This document shows, in pieces, positions 29,194 through 40,248 of a stretch of 64,000 nucleotides of DNA. The stretch comes from Leptolyngbyales cyanobacterium. Lineage in GTDB: Bacteria; Cyanobacteriota; Cyanobacteriia; Leptolyngbyales; Leptolyngbyaceae. Both the position numbers and the translations under genes were made by a program. Each line of letters begins with the position of its first letter. The first letter of the stretch is position 1. Location of the stretch: contig JBBRPT010000006.1 of assembly GCA_038227635.1 (NCBI GenBank), positions 1 to 64,000 of the forward strand, given 5' to 3'. The notes beneath the pieces were generated by a model. It did no database searches, had not been told where the DNA came from, and worked only from the letters and a program-made list of their open reading frames with translations.

Positions 29194-29293
29194 ACCGATC
29201 GCACCAAGAAAATTAGCAGTCGAATCGTTGCCAGACCCGATCGACACCGAGGGGGCATAGCCAATCACCAGCACACAACCAGCCAAACGCCAA

Positions 29294-29977
29294 TTACAGC
29301 AATAAATCCGACGCAATAAGCTTCTTTTGAATGGCAATAACGGTAGCTTGTGTGCGATCGTGCACATTCAACTTCTGCAACACGGCATGGACATGCACCC
29401 TCACCGTGCTAGGAGACAGGTAGAGCATGGTCGCGATTTCTTGATTTGTTTTTCCCGCCGCAACTAACGCTAAAACTTCTTGCTCACGGCGGGTTAATGG
29501 ACTGATTGAGGGATAGTCAGCTTGAGTTAAATCGGAATGAATGGAACTGTTTTCAAGGGCAGCCCGAATTTCTGTCGTTGCAGTTTGATCCCACCAAGAC
29601 GCTCCGGCAACGATCGAGCGAATGGCTAAAAACAAGGTTTCTGAAGCAACTCCCTTGAGGCAATAGCCCTGTGCCCCAGCTGAAATCAGACGCATAATCA
29701 GAGACGTTTCTGAGCGAGAAGTCAGAACCAGAACGGGTAGATTATGATGTTGCTGTTTGATTTGGCGACAGGCTTCTATCCCCCCAATTCCAGGAAGTCC
29801 AACATCAAGCAGTACAATGTCTAAGAGTTGAGACTTCGCTAATTCAATTCCGGTTTCACCATCTTCTGTTTCTGCAACCACCTCAAATCCGGGTTCTTGC
29901 TGTAATCGCATTCGCAGACCCAAGCGGAACAGCTCATCGTCTTCAACTAGTAGAATTCGTAGAGGATTTGCAGGCAT
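29294..29977 (-). CDS. NarL/LuxR-type response regulator
   Basis: The ATG at 29977 gives MPANPLRILLVEDDELFR (receiver, with D at LLDVGLPG). The C-terminus is a GerE HTH (LTRREQEVLALVAAGKTNQEIA..LYLSPSTVRVHVHAVLQKL). Confidence 0.9.
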   Translation of the reverse strand: MPANPLRILLVEDDELFRLGLRMRLQQEPGFEVVAETEDGETGIELAKSQLLDIVLLDVGLPGIGGIEACRQIKQQHHNLPVLVLTSRSETSLIMRLISAGAQGYCLKGVASETLFLAIRSIVAGASWWDQTATTEIRAALENSSIHSDLTQADYPSISPLTRREQEVLALVAAGKTNQEIATMLYLSPSTVRVHVHAVLQKLNVHDRTQATVIAIQKKLIASDLLL

Positions 29978-29988
29978 GTTGTGTTCAG

Positions 29989-31095
29989 TCAGAGCGACTG
30001 GTGTAGGAAGGCGGGAACCCGGAACCCAAAAATCGCTCCTGTCGGCAAACGTTTCTCTGCCCAAATTGTACCTCCATGTGCTTCGATAATTTGACGAGTG
30101 AGATAAAGTCCTAATCCAGAGCCTTTCGCTTGGCGATCGCTGTTTCCTTGATAAAACCTTTCAAACAAGTGCGGCAGTTCCTGATCGGTGATGCCTGCTC
30201 CAGAGTCAAGAATTTTTACAATGTGGTGGTCCGAGTGTGGCTGTAGCTCAATTTCAACTTTGCTTCCACGCGGCGAGTGATTTATGGCATTGGTGAGTAA
30301 GTTTGCGAAGACTCGGTGGAGTTGAAAAGCATCACCATTGACCCACAAAAACTGGCAAAAATCTGACTCACCAAAGTTGAGAGAAATATGAACTCGTCGT
30401 GACAACGCCAGCGACGTTAACGTAACTGCGGCTTCCTCTGCAATATTCGTCAAATCGACAGGCGCGGTCTGAAGCGCTAACCCTTGAGTGTCGTTGCGAT
30501 AAACATCTAACAAGGTTTCTACAAACTGCAAGCTCGTTTTATGACTTCGTGCCATCATCGCTAACACCTGCTGTTGAGCAGGTAGCAACGTCCCAAAATC
30601 CTCCTTTTGGAATGCTTTTATAGTTTCGATCGCGCCCAGTAATGGTGTCTTTAAATCGTGTGTCAGAGTCGAAGCAAAATCTTCTCGGAGATTTGCTAAT
30701 TGCTCTTGTGACTGAAGTTTAATTTGCTGCTGAGAAATTGCTTCTTCATAGCGACGATTTCGATCGCTTAATACGTCTGTGATCACGAGTGCCAAGATCG
30801 CAATCAATCGACTGGCAATAGTTGAAGCGCGAATTTCATAACTGCCCGGAAACCAGAGGTTGAGCAAAGTCAAAGCCGCCGCCGCAATCGTGATTTTTAA
30901 TGCAGTTGCTCGACTTAGACGCGAATTTGCCAGCAGAATAGGACCAATATAAAGGTAGCCAAAGACGTAATCAGAGGGCGTTAAGAACTCCAAAATTAGC
31001 ACGATCGCAAACAATCCAGCGATGAGCCAAAAGATGCTCAATCGCGAATCTCTGCGAGGTGCAATCATTTTGAAACGAAATTGCTGAGGCAACAT
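29989..31095 (-). CDS. sensor histidine kinase with N-terminal 4-TM bundle (KdpD membrane-domain-like), HisKA and HATPase_c
   Basis: The H-box is FASTLTHDLKTPL; N, G1 and G2 boxes are NLLTNAINHS, DSGAGI and GSGLGL. There is no periplasmic loop of any size. The stop lies 12 nt before the RR start. Confidence 0.85.
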   Translation of the reverse strand: MLPQQFRFKMIAPRRDSRLSIFWLIAGLFAIVLILEFLTPSDYVFGYLYIGPILLANSRLSRATALKITIAAAALTLLNLWFPGSYEIRASTIASRLIAILALVITDVLSDRNRRYEEAISQQQIKLQSQEQLANLREDFASTLTHDLKTPLLGAIETIKAFQKEDFGTLLPAQQQVLAMMARSHKTSLQFVETLLDVYRNDTQGLALQTAPVDLTNIAEEAAVTLTSLALSRRVHISLNFGESDFCQFLWVNGDAFQLHRVFANLLTNAINHSPRGSKVEIELQPHSDHHIVKILDSGAGITDQELPHLFERFYQGNSDRQAKGSGLGLYLTRQIIEAHGGTIWAEKRLPTGAIFGFRVPAFLHQSL

Positions 31096-31184
31096 CTAAA
31101 AGCTGTAACCAGTTATTTGGTCAACCCGTTAATTAAAGTTGAAAAAGTCGATAAAAGTCCACCTGATTTTAAGAATAAACGCGT

Positions 31185-31284
31185 GTTTAGACCGTGTTTA
31201 GATTAGAAATATGCCGTCAGATATAGAGCCTTCTAAACGAGTTTAGTCTCCCCTAGTTGTAGATATAGTTCACTTGACTAAAAA
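31185..31284. promoter_or_regulatory. cluster of GTTTAGA/TCTAAAC heptamers in the divergent hk-rr / kdp intergenic region
   Basis: GTTTAGA occurs at 31185 and 31196 (an 11-bp direct repeat). TCTAAAC-GA-GTTTAGT at 31232..31247 has 7-2-7 inverted geometry. A further TCTAAAC lies at 31278. Confidence 0.4.
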
Positions 31285-31561
31285 CCTTCTAAACAGGCAC
31301 TTTTTCTGTATCGACGTTGGAAAAATAGCAGATGATAGATTCTGAGTAGAGTTGAATTTGTATCGACCTTGTCTATGTGCCTGATATTCTGACTGATTTT
31401 GACATTGAGTTGATGCTCTACCTTAGTGTGGCAATTCAGTATCAAACCGGTTCATCTGAAGCTTAGCGCTCGTGTTTACCCCAGAGGTCTTCTTACTTTT
31501 TCAGTTGACTCATTCAACTTGATCCTTCACCTAATCTCTCGTGTCAGGAGTTTTTTCATCC

Positions 31562-33301
31562 ATGTTAGAAGGATGGATTCAAATTGCATTAACGCTACTG
31601 ATTGTGATAGCAATTACTCCCTTCCTGGGAGGGTATATGGCTCGTGTCTACCTGGGAGAAAGAACGCTACTTGATCCGGTTCTCAATCCTGTCGAGCGAA
31701 TTCTTTTCAAACTGAGCGGTGTGCAAACCCGTGAAAACATGACTGGTTGGCAGTATATCAAAGCAGTGCTGTATAGCAATCTTGTGATGGCGCTGCTGCT
31801 GACCTTCATTTTGTTGAGCCAGAGGTGGTTACCCTTCAATCCAACGGCTCTCAGTACGCCAACTTGGGACACTATTCTGCATACGGTTATCTCTTTTATC
31901 ACCAACACCAATCAGCAACACTATTCTGGCGAAACTACCTACGGCTACTTTGCTCAATTTGCTGGATTGGGCTATATGTTTTTTGTCTCAGCCGCCACTG
32001 GGTTGGCAGTGGGAATTGCCTTTATTCGGGGATTGACGGGTAGACCCCTCGGCAACTTCTACGTCGATCTAACGCAATCGATCACGCGAATTTTATTGCC
32101 GATCGGGATCATTGGTACGATTATTTTTATTGCAGGTGGTGTGCCCGAAACGCTTGCTGGTCCGACTATTGTGCCAACGCTTGAAAATTCGGCGATCAGT
32201 CAGGCGATCGCCCGCGGTCCGGTAGCCCACTTTGAGATTTTGAAACAGATCGGTGAAAACGGCGGCGGTTTCTTTGCAGTTAACTCCGCTCATCCATTTG
32301 AGAATCCGAGTCCGTTTACTAACTTGATTCAGACTGTAGGAATGGTGATGATTCCCTCATCATTTATCTACACCTATGGCGTGATTGCTAACAATCGCAA
32401 ACAAGCCTGGTTAGTGTATGGCATGGTGTTGACGGTTTCGATCGTGTTCATCATATTCAACGGCATCAGCGAATATACCGGCAACCCTGCGGTGAATGCG
32501 CTGCTAGGCGGTCAGGCACCCAATTTAGAAGGGAAAGAAGTCCGGTTTGGCTGGGCACAATCTGCTTTATTCTCTGTGATCACGACGGGCACTATGACGG
32601 GTGCAGTCAATAGCTTTCATGATTCGTTCATGCCCACAGGCGGATTCGTCATGATGTCAAATATGTTCCTGCAAATCATTTGGGGCGGGCAAGGAACAGG
32701 AACGGCTTACTTATTTGCCTATCTGATTTTAGCGGTGTTTGTGACGGGTTTGATGGTCGGACGCACTCCCGAATTTTTGGGGCGCAAGATTGAAAAGCGT
32801 GAGGTCGTGCTGGCGAGCTTTTTGATCTTGCTGGTTCACCCGATCGCGATTCTGATTCCAGGCGCGATCGCCATGTCACTGCCCAGCGCACCCGATGGAG
32901 TAACGGCTCAAGGCTTCTACAATGGCATCACCAATCCTAGTTTTCACGGGTTAACTCAGGTTCTCTATGAATATGCCTCAGCCGCCGCTAACAATGGATC
33001 TGGCTTTGGAGGACTCTTAACCAGTCAACCTGCTCCGTCAGCCTTGTGGTGGAATTTGAGCGCTTCATTTAGTCTGCTCATGGGGCGCTATGTGCCGATC
33101 GTCGCTCTACTGCTGTTAGCTGATAGTATGTCGCGCAAGCAGCCTGTGCCAATGACGAGTGGAACGCTCCGTACCGATACGGGGCTGTTCACAGGCATCA
33201 CAGCAGGCGTAATTTTGATTATGGGTGCGCTGACGTTCTTCCCGGTGTTGGCACTCGGTCCGATCGCCGAAGCCTTTCAGATCGCCAAGGGCATTGGGTA
33301 A
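31562..33301 (+). CDS. kdpA: potassium-transporting ATPase subunit KdpA
   Basis: The ATG at 31562 gives [30 protein letters not shown]. The protein is polytopic, with KdpA selectivity-filter-like segments ([24 protein letters not shown]). Confidence 0.95.
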   Translation: MLEGWIQIALTLLIVIAITPFLGGYMARVYLGERTLLDPVLNPVERILFKLSGVQTRENMTGWQYIKAVLYSNLVMALLLTFILLSQRWLPFNPTALSTPTWDTILHTVISFITNTNQQHYSGETTYGYFAQFAGLGYMFFVSAATGLAVGIAFIRGLTGRPLGNFYVDLTQSITRILLPIGIIGTIIFIAGGVPETLAGPTIVPTLENSAISQAIARGPVAHFEILKQIGENGGGFFAVNSAHPFENPSPFTNLIQTVGMVMIPSSFIYTYGVIANNRKQAWLVYGMVLTVSIVFIIFNGISEYTGNPAVNALLGGQAPNLEGKEVRFGWAQSALFSVITTGTMTGAVNSFHDSFMPTGGFVMMSNMFLQIIWGGQGTGTAYLFAYLILAVFVTGLMVGRTPEFLGRKIEKREVVLASFLILLVHPIAILIPGAIAMSLPSAPDGVTAQGFYNGITNPSFHGLTQVLYEYASAAANNGSGFGGLLTSQPAPSALWWNLSASFSLLMGRYVPIVALLLLADSMSRKQPVPMTSGTLRTDTGLFTGITAGVILIMGALTFFPVLALGPIAEAFQIAKGIG

Positions 33302-33373
33302 CTCAGCCTTGAGATTGGGTATCCAGCCAGCTATATTTTGTCCTTTTGCCTACAGACGACAGACTCCGAATTT

Positions 33374-35470
33374 ATGCAAACTCCACAAGATTCAGATTCC
33401 CTTCGGTCTTCCCGTGGCGGTGCACGCGACTCTCGCAGACACACTCCCAAAGCCAATATGAGCGGGTTATATCAGAGAGCCATTCGCGAAGCGTTTGTCA
33501 AACTCGACCCCCGCACTGAGGTTAAAAACCCAGTCATGTTCGTGGTTTGGGTAGGAACGATCGTGACCTTTTTCGTGACGCTTGACCCAAACTTGTTTGG
33601 CACTGTGCAGGCTGATCCCGGTCAACAACGACTGCTCAACGGGTTAATTACGTTCATTTTGTTTTTTACACTCGTCTTTGCCAACTTTGCCGAAGCCGTT
33701 GCCGAAGGGCGAGGTAAAGCCCAAGCCGATGCTCTCCGTTCAACTCGATCGGACACGATCGCCCACAAACTTTTACCTAACGGCTCGATTCAAGAAGTCA
33801 GCTCGACTGAGCTGCGACGCGGCGATCAGGTGAAGGTGGTAGCGGGCGATATGATTCCTGCCGATGGCGAGGTGATCAAAGGGATTGCCTCTGTCGATGA
33901 GTCTGCGATTACCGGAGAATCGGCTCCAGTTCTCAAGCAGCCGGGTACAGATATTATGAGTTCGGTGACTGGGGGAACGCGCATCCTCTCGGATGAGTTA
34001 ATTCTCAATGTCACGTCCGATCCGGGTCAAGGGTTTATCGACCGGATGATTGCTTTAGTTGAAGGCGCAGAACGAGTCAAAACCCCAAACGAAATCGCTT
34101 TGACGGTGCTGCTAACCGTTCTGACGCTGGTGTTTTTGATCGTGGTTGCAACCGTTTCGCCTTTGGCAAACTATGTGAGTGCACCGACGACGATCGCCAT
34201 TCTTATTTCCCTATTAGTCGCGTTAATTCCCACGACGATCGGCGGGTTATTAAGCGCGATCGGGATTGCCGGAATGGATCGGGTGGCGCAGTTCAATGTC
34301 ATTGCTACATCGGGTCGTGCTGTGGAGGCTTGTGGAGACATTAGCACCCTTGTTCTCGACAAAACCGGAACAATTACACTAGGCAACCGATTAGCAGATG
34401 AGTTCATTCCGGTTGATGGTCACACGGTTGAAGAAGTCGCCCAAATTGCTCTCGCTGCGAGTGTGTTTGATGAAACGCCCGAAGGGAAGTCGATCGTGAT
34501 TCTAGCCGAACGCAACAGTGCCAACATAGACTTTAATACCGACGATGCCAGTGGAGTCGAATTTACAGCCAGAACGCGCATGAGCGGAACGGACTTACCG
34601 CATGGCAAGGAAGTGCGTAAAGGTGCAGTGGATGCTGTTAAAGGCTTTGTGCGATCGCGCGGCGGAACGGTTTCGGCTCAGGTAGACGACGCTTACGAGC
34701 GGGTGTCTCGTTTAGGTGGAACTCCACTCGCAGTCTGCCAAGGTAGCGAAATCTATGGGGTAATCTATCTCAAAGACATTGTGAAAGCAGGTCTGCGCGA
34801 ACGGTTTGATCAACTCCGCCGCATGGGTGTAAAAACGATCATGCTCACAGGCGACAACCGCATTACTGCTTCGGTGATTGCTGAAGAAGCCGGAGTCGAT
34901 GACTTCATTGCCGAGGCGACTCCTGAAGACAAAATCGATGTGATTCGCCGAGAACAATCGGAAGGCAAACTGGTTGCCATGACCGGAGACGGAACCAACG
35001 ATGCGCCTGCTCTCGCTCAAGCAAACGTCGGCGTGGCAATGAACTCTGGTACTCAAGCCGCTAAAGAAGCCGCCAACATGGTGGATTTGGATTCTGACCC
35101 GACGAAACTGATTGACCTGGTGACGATCGGCAAGCAGCTTCTCATCACTCGCGGGGCATTGACAACGTTCTCGATCGCGAACGACATTGCAAAATACTTT
35201 GCGATCATTCCGACCATCTTCGCAGCAGCAGGGATTGGTTCTCTCAACATCATGGGCTTAAAGAGTCCACAGTCAGCGATCATTTCAGCGTTGATTTATA
35301 ATGCGCTGATCATTCCCGCTCTAATTCCATTGGCACTAAAGGGAGTGCAGTTCCGTCCGCTCACGGCAAATCAACTGCTGCGTCGTAATATCTTGATTTA
35401 TGGCATGGGTGGAGTGATTGCCCCCTTTATCGCAATCAAGATTATTGATGTGTTGATTCCACTCTCTTAG
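33374..35470 (+). CDS. kdpB: potassium-transporting P-type ATPase subunit KdpB
   Basis: Contains DKTGTIT (phosphorylation site), TGDN and [13 protein letters not shown]. Confidence 0.95.
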   Translation: MQTPQDSDSLRSSRGGARDSRRHTPKANMSGLYQRAIREAFVKLDPRTEVKNPVMFVVWVGTIVTFFVTLDPNLFGTVQADPGQQRLLNGLITFILFFTLVFANFAEAVAEGRGKAQADALRSTRSDTIAHKLLPNGSIQEVSSTELRRGDQVKVVAGDMIPADGEVIKGIASVDESAITGESAPVLKQPGTDIMSSVTGGTRILSDELILNVTSDPGQGFIDRMIALVEGAERVKTPNEIALTVLLTVLTLVFLIVVATVSPLANYVSAPTTIAILISLLVALIPTTIGGLLSAIGIAGMDRVAQFNVIATSGRAVEACGDISTLVLDKTGTITLGNRLADEFIPVDGHTVEEVAQIALAASVFDETPEGKSIVILAERNSANIDFNTDDASGVEFTARTRMSGTDLPHGKEVRKGAVDAVKGFVRSRGGTVSAQVDDAYERVSRLGGTPLAVCQGSEIYGVIYLKDIVKAGLRERFDQLRRMGVKTIMLTGDNRITASVIAEEAGVDDFIAEATPEDKIDVIRREQSEGKLVAMTGDGTNDAPALAQANVGVAMNSGTQAAKEAANMVDLDSDPTKLIDLVTIGKQLLITRGALTTFSIANDIAKYFAIIPTIFAAAGIGSLNIMGLKSPQSAIISALIYNALIIPALIPLALKGVQFRPLTANQLLRRNILIYGMGGVIAPFIAIKIIDVLIPLS

Positions 35471-35517
35471 GCGTTAATCGATCGATTCATCAAGCTAATC
35501 TCTAAGATATAATCTCT

Positions 35518-35799
35518 ATGAAACGATTTCAGGTTCGACTCCCTGTTTTATCCGCTCAAGTCTCAACTCAAGTGATTGAAGACATGACCGAAATCTGGTC
35601 TGAGTGGCGCAGACAAAAGCTTCCTCTCTACCTATTTTTGGGGCTGTGTTTCAACCTCGTCCTCGCCCCTGCTGTCTTTGCGGCAACGGGTGGAGAGATG
35701 TCTCGCAGCCAAACCTATTGGCTATCAGCCCTCGGTTTAGTCACGATCGCCCTCGCAATTTATCTGTTTTTTGTCATGTTTGTACCGGAGAAGTTCTAA
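35518..35799 (+). CDS. small Kdp-associated membrane protein (KdpG/KdpF-like)
   Basis: It sits between kdpB and kdpC, as cyanobacterial kdpG does. The C-terminal helix (YWLSALGLVTIALAIYLFFVMFVPEKF) resembles KdpF. The stop overlaps the kdpC start (TAATG). The true start is uncertain; 35584 is possible. Confidence 0.5.
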   Translation: MKRFQVRLPVLSAQVSTQVIEDMTEIWSEWRRQKLPLYLFLGLCFNLVLAPAVFAATGGEMSRSQTYWLSALGLVTIALAIYLFFVMFVPEKF

Positions 35800-36437
35800 T
35801 GAGTTTTGCACGCGAGGCTAGTAGAGCCGTTCGATCGACGCTGGTGCTTTGGGTTTTGACCGCGATTCTCTATCCCTTGGCAATGATTGCGTTTGGACAG
35901 ATTGTTTTTCCGTTTCAGGCAAACGGCAGCATGATCAAGAACGCTCAAGGTCAAGAAGTGGGTTCTGCGCTAATTGGTCAACCATTTACATCCGGTCGCT
36001 ATTTCAACAGTCGCCCCAGTACAACCAGCTATAGCACTGCCGATCCTAAGAAAGATGATGCTGGAGTGCTTAAAACAGGCGTATCGGGGGCGAGCAACTT
36101 AGCGCCCAGTAACCCTGCACTGCTCGATCGGATGAGAGGAAAGAGCGATCCTGATTCAACCAAGGCGATCGAGGGTGACATTCCTCGGTTGCAGAAGGCA
36201 GGAGTCAAGCCAACAGCGGATCTAGTTTATACATCTGGATCGAGTCTTGACCCTCACATCACGCCCGAAGCGGCGATCGCCCAATTAGCGAGAGTTGCCA
36301 GAGCACGAAATCTTCAACCCAATCAGTTAGAAAGTCTAATTGCTCAAAATACAGACGGTCGCTTTTTGGGCATTTTTGGTGAACCGGGGGTGAACGTGTT
36401 AAAGCTCAATCTGGCTTTAGATGGGCTGAAGAGTTAA
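35799..36437 (+). CDS. kdpC: potassium-transporting ATPase subunit KdpC
   Basis: The ATG at 35799 gives MSFAREASRAVRSTLVLWVLTAILYPL...FPFQANGS...SGASNLAPSNP...SGSSLDPHITP. The longer track ORF from 35604 is an upstream out-of-gene extension. Confidence 0.9.
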   Translation: MSFAREASRAVRSTLVLWVLTAILYPLAMIAFGQIVFPFQANGSMIKNAQGQEVGSALIGQPFTSGRYFNSRPSTTSYSTADPKKDDAGVLKTGVSGASNLAPSNPALLDRMRGKSDPDSTKAIEGDIPRLQKAGVKPTADLVYTSGSSLDPHITPEAAIAQLARVARARNLQPNQLESLIAQNTDGRFLGIFGEPGVNVLKLNLALDGLKS

Positions 36438-36539
36438 CGATCGGTCATGGCACAATCGTTGGAGACGTTCTACCGAAACGTCTCTACGGGGTTGGGTAAA
36501 TTCAATGTCGATTAATTGGTACTGCTGAACCATCGATCT

Positions 36540-37667
36540 ATGCAAAATCTATCTAATTCTTCCCCCGATCGTACTTACATTCGTCCCGCTCGCCGTGGGA
36601 AGCACAAAGCGTTTATTGGGATGTCTCCGGGTGTGGGCAAAACCTACAAAATGCTGGAAGAGGGGCATCGTCTTAAAAAAGAAGGGACGGATGTTGTGAT
36701 TGGGCTACTAGAAACGCACAATCGACAGGAGACGATCGCCAAAGCCGTCGGGTTAGAGCAAGTGCCGCGCCAAAAAATCACCTGGTTAGACGTGACGCTC
36801 ACTGAAATGGATACGGATGCGATTATTGCCCGTCAGCCCCAGCTTGTCTTAGTCGATGAATTGGCTCACACCAATGTTCCTGGCTCTGAGCGAGAAAAAC
36901 GCTATCAGGATGTCGAAGTGATCTTAGCCGCCGGAATTGATGTCTTTTCGACGGTCAACATTCAGCATTTGGAAAGCTTAAATGATCTGGTAGCGCGGAT
37001 TACTGGAGTGGTCGTGCGAGAACGAATTCCTGATCGCTTACTCGATGAAGCCGATGAAGTCGTCGTCGTCGATGTCACCCCCGAAACGCTGGAGGAACGC
37101 CTCAGAGACGGCAAAATCTATGCACCCGAAAAAGTAGATCAATCTCTACAAAACTTCTTCCAACGGCGTAATCTGATTGCCCTGCGAGAGCTTGCACTCA
37201 GAGAGATCGCAGATAACGTCGAAGAAGATGCCATTGGTAATAGCAATAACTCCAGTGCCACACCTTACTGCAACGTTCACGAGCGAGTGTTAGTGTGTGT
37301 CTCGACTTACCCCAACGCCATCCAGCTTGTCAGGCGAGGTGCTCGAATAGCAGGGTATATGCACGCCCCTCTCTACTGTCTATTTGTGAATGATCCCGAT
37401 CGCTTTTTGAATAAAGCAGAAAGCTTGCATATCGAAACCTGTGAACGGCTCTGTGAAGAATTTGGAGGGCAGTTTATTCGAGCTTCAGAGCAGCAAAAAG
37501 CAAGAGCAATCTCAGAGGTTGCTAAAGAATATCGAATTACGCAAATTGTGATTGGCGAAAGTCAGCGATCTCTTTGGAAGACTGTGCTGCGCGGCTCATT
37601 GACTCAACAACTGCTGAAGGCACTTACAAATATTGATGTGCATATCATCGCGACTGAAAAACCGTAA
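36540..37667 (+). CDS. kdpD: truncated KdpD (N-terminal KdpD-N + Usp domains only; no TM or kinase core)
   Basis: Contains RGKHKAFIGMSPGVGKTYKML (P-loop of KdpD-N) and a Usp-like C-terminus. It ends at 37667 without DUF4118, HisKA or HATPase domains. Confidence 0.85.
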   Translation: MQNLSNSSPDRTYIRPARRGKHKAFIGMSPGVGKTYKMLEEGHRLKKEGTDVVIGLLETHNRQETIAKAVGLEQVPRQKITWLDVTLTEMDTDAIIARQPQLVLVDELAHTNVPGSEREKRYQDVEVILAAGIDVFSTVNIQHLESLNDLVARITGVVVRERIPDRLLDEADEVVVVDVTPETLEERLRDGKIYAPEKVDQSLQNFFQRRNLIALRELALREIADNVEEDAIGNSNNSSATPYCNVHERVLVCVSTYPNAIQLVRRGARIAGYMHAPLYCLFVNDPDRFLNKAESLHIETCERLCEEFGGQFIRASEQQKARAISEVAKEYRITQIVIGESQRSLWKTVLRGSLTQQLLKALTNIDVHIIATEKP

Positions 37668-37849
37668 TAGGAACATCAAGACACCGATCACAATCGTCAA
37701 TTAGCCCTTTAGATCGTTTGCTCATCGCCTTTTGGAGAAACGGTAACTAACCCTCCGTGAACGGCTATATTCCTGGGTACCCGCAATCTAGGAATTGGCT
37801 TGGTTAGATGTGGGCACTCTTAGCCGTCTCTTTTATTTTCCACATCTAA

Positions 37850-38272
37850 CATCGTCTCATACTGTCGATTACCCATTGCGCGATCGCGACGGCTGGTACT
37901 TCCCTAATTCTCAGAACCGCCGACCCTTGGCAATCTGTCTCGCAATGGTGGGTTCTCGTGGGTTCTCAGATTCCCGATATCGACACCTCGACCAGCACGA
38001 TCGAGAAAATCTTCTTCCCAGTCTCATCAGGGATCGAGATCCGCTATCCTTACCGCACCATCACTCACAGCCTATTCGCAACGATAGGAGTCGCGGTGTT
38101 GAGTGGGCTAATCGGAGTCTCGACCGGAAATCTCTCAACTTGGGTAGCGCTGCCACTAGGTCATTTATTGACCTGGTTTAGCGACTGTTTCACCAAACAA
38201 GGCATGATGTTGTTTTACCTTGGAGCTTCGCGAATCGAATCGCTCCTCCTTCATCTCAAAGAACTTGTTTGA
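37850..38272 (+). pseudogene. YdjM/DUF457-like membrane-bound metal-dependent hydrolase, apparently lacking a canonical start
   Basis: The frame is open from 37850 and reads ..ILSITHCAIATAGTSLIL...VGSQIPDIDT...YRTITHSLF...PLGHLLTWFSD. There is no ATG or GTG before the conserved ITH segment; an ATA occupies the position where ATG would be expected (37859). The track splits the region into two overlapping ORFs. Confidence 0.35.
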
Positions 38273-38332
38273 GTCACTGAAGCCGCCCAAGATTTACGTG
38301 CTTGACCACAGCTAGGAGGGAGAATATCGGGT

Positions 38333-38692
38333 ATGAATTGTTCTGACATCTTTGATTCCTACCGAACTGGAATGGCAGCTTACGAACAGCTTCGCTGCGC
38401 CAAAGGCGTGCGTTGCCACCCACCAACGATTCGATCTCAATGGTCAGCATTCCAGACAGAACTGGAGGAGTTCATCACTGAGCCGAGTTTTGAGGAAGCC
38501 TGGGACGTTTTGCACTCCTTTAGTCGGCTGGTCTGGAAACTGACCGGGATTCCACTTCAATGGCTGGCTTATCCGACTATGAGGAAGCATGGAGAGCGAT
38601 TTGCAGAAACAGGTTGTATCCGCAGTCGCCGCAACTGTGAGGGGCAGTGCTGTTTTCAAGCTGAAGATTTGCAGGGGCGAGTAGGAAACTAG
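38333..38692 (+). CDS. hypothetical protein
   Basis: 119-aa ORF with no motif recognised. Confidence 0.4.
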   Translation: MNCSDIFDSYRTGMAAYEQLRCAKGVRCHPPTIRSQWSAFQTELEEFITEPSFEEAWDVLHSFSRLVWKLTGIPLQWLAYPTMRKHGERFAETGCIRSRRNCEGQCCFQAEDLQGRVGN

Positions 38693-38879
38693 ATGAGGAT
38701 GAGTGATGGATGATAGCCGATGTGCATTGACGACAGAGGGAAATCGCTCCTTCATACCCACTACTATTGAAACCGAGATTCTGTAATTACACTTTAACGA
38801 TTTACTGAGATGAACATTTATTAGGTTGAGCCAACGATAGGCTAAGGAACAACCGTTTGTACATCAGGGAAAGCCCTTT

Positions 38880-40166
38880 ATGACTCGATTTGGCATCTTA
38901 TGCCCGTCGGCGATCGGACATCTCAACCCCATGTGTACGCTTGGGCGAGAACTGCAACGTCGTGGACATTCAGTAATCTTATTCGGGGTACCGGATCTTC
39001 AGACCAAGATCGTCCAAACCGGAATCGAGTTTTGCATTCTTGGCGAGGCAGAATTCCCGAAGGGAACGTTAGCAACGATTTATCAACGGCTGGGCGAACT
39101 GAGTGGCTTTGCTGGCTTCAGCTTTACGATGCGTTGGATTCAGAACGAGGCACAGATGCTGTTTGATGAAGCCCCAGATGCCATTCAAGCAGCGGCGGTA
39201 GAAGCCTTGATCATTGATCAAACCTCCCTCGCGGGTGGCACCATTGCCGATCGTCTGAACCTTCCATCTATCACCGTCTGTAATGCGTTGTTGATTAATC
39301 GGGAAGCCGGAGTTCCCCCATTTTTTACGGACTGGGGCTATCGCTCATCTGGGTGGGCACTGCTTCGCAATCAACTCAGCAACACGTTTTTAGAAGTGAT
39401 GACCCAATCTGCACGGGCGCTGATTTGGCGACAGCGGCAGCAATGGCACCTCTCTCCCTACACTGGTGATAATGACTTCTTTTCCCCGCTCGCCCAGATT
39501 TGCCAACTTCCAGCAGCGTTTGATTTTCCCCGCAAGCGTTTAGTCCCTTGGTTTCACTACACAGGTCCGCTGCAAGATCCGTCTGGGGTAGAGCCGATCT
39601 CGTTTCCCGACTTCCCTTTTCCATTTGACCAACTAACGAATCAACGGTTAATCTACGCCTCGCTCGGCACCCTGCAAAATCGTAAACCCGAAATTTTTCA
39701 GACGATCGCTGCCGCTTGTGTCGGAGTGGATGCTCAACTCGTGGTTTCTTTGGGTAATCCAAATGCTCAGGTAAACGAGTTGCCGCTGCTTGGGTCTCCT
39801 CTCGTTGTCCCTTATGCCCCTCATCAACAACTGATTCAACGTGCCAGCCTGGTCATCACGCACGCAGGTATGAATACAACTTTAGGCGCTTTAAGCAGTG
39901 GGGTTCCACTCGTTGCGATTCCAATTACCAATGAACAGCCTGCGATTGCAGCTCGGTTAGTTCGTACCGGATCTGGTGCAATGTTATCGCTGTCAAATTT
40001 AAGTGTCACGAGGTTACACACAACGATTCAGCGTGTGTTAATGGAAGATAGCTATAAACAAAATGCAACTCGATTGCAGTCGGCGATCTCGCAATCAGGT
40101 GGCGTTTGCCGTGCTGCACAGATCATCGAACAGGCAATTTTGACCGGGATGCCTGTTCTGTATTGA
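38880..40166 (+). CDS. GT1-family UDP-glycosyltransferase (MGT/CrtX-like)
   Basis: N-terminus FGILCPSAIGHLNPMCTLGRELQRRGH. The C-terminal nucleotide-sugar motif is ITHAGMNTTLGALSSGVPLVAIPITNEQP. Confidence 0.8.
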   Translation: MTRFGILCPSAIGHLNPMCTLGRELQRRGHSVILFGVPDLQTKIVQTGIEFCILGEAEFPKGTLATIYQRLGELSGFAGFSFTMRWIQNEAQMLFDEAPDAIQAAAVEALIIDQTSLAGGTIADRLNLPSITVCNALLINREAGVPPFFTDWGYRSSGWALLRNQLSNTFLEVMTQSARALIWRQRQQWHLSPYTGDNDFFSPLAQICQLPAAFDFPRKRLVPWFHYTGPLQDPSGVEPISFPDFPFPFDQLTNQRLIYASLGTLQNRKPEIFQTIAAACVGVDAQLVVSLGNPNAQVNELPLLGSPLVVPYAPHQQLIQRASLVITHAGMNTTLGALSSGVPLVAIPITNEQPAIAARLVRTGSGAMLSLSNLSVTRLHTTIQRVLMEDSYKQNATRLQSAISQSGGVCRAAQIIEQAILTGMPVLY

Positions 40167-40248
40167 TATGAGGCGATCGCTCTACTTCTTTTCATCAATG
40201 CTGTTGGGCATGAGAATGGATGCTGATCCGTTCCCCATGCACCAAACC

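Noticed and set aside
35604-35798. Upstream extension of the kdpC ORF (track ORF 35604..36437, 277 aa)
   Set aside because: The extension overlaps the small kdpG/F-like gene in another frame and has odd composition. The conserved KdpC N-terminus starts at the ATG at 35799, which overlaps the upstream stop (TAATG).
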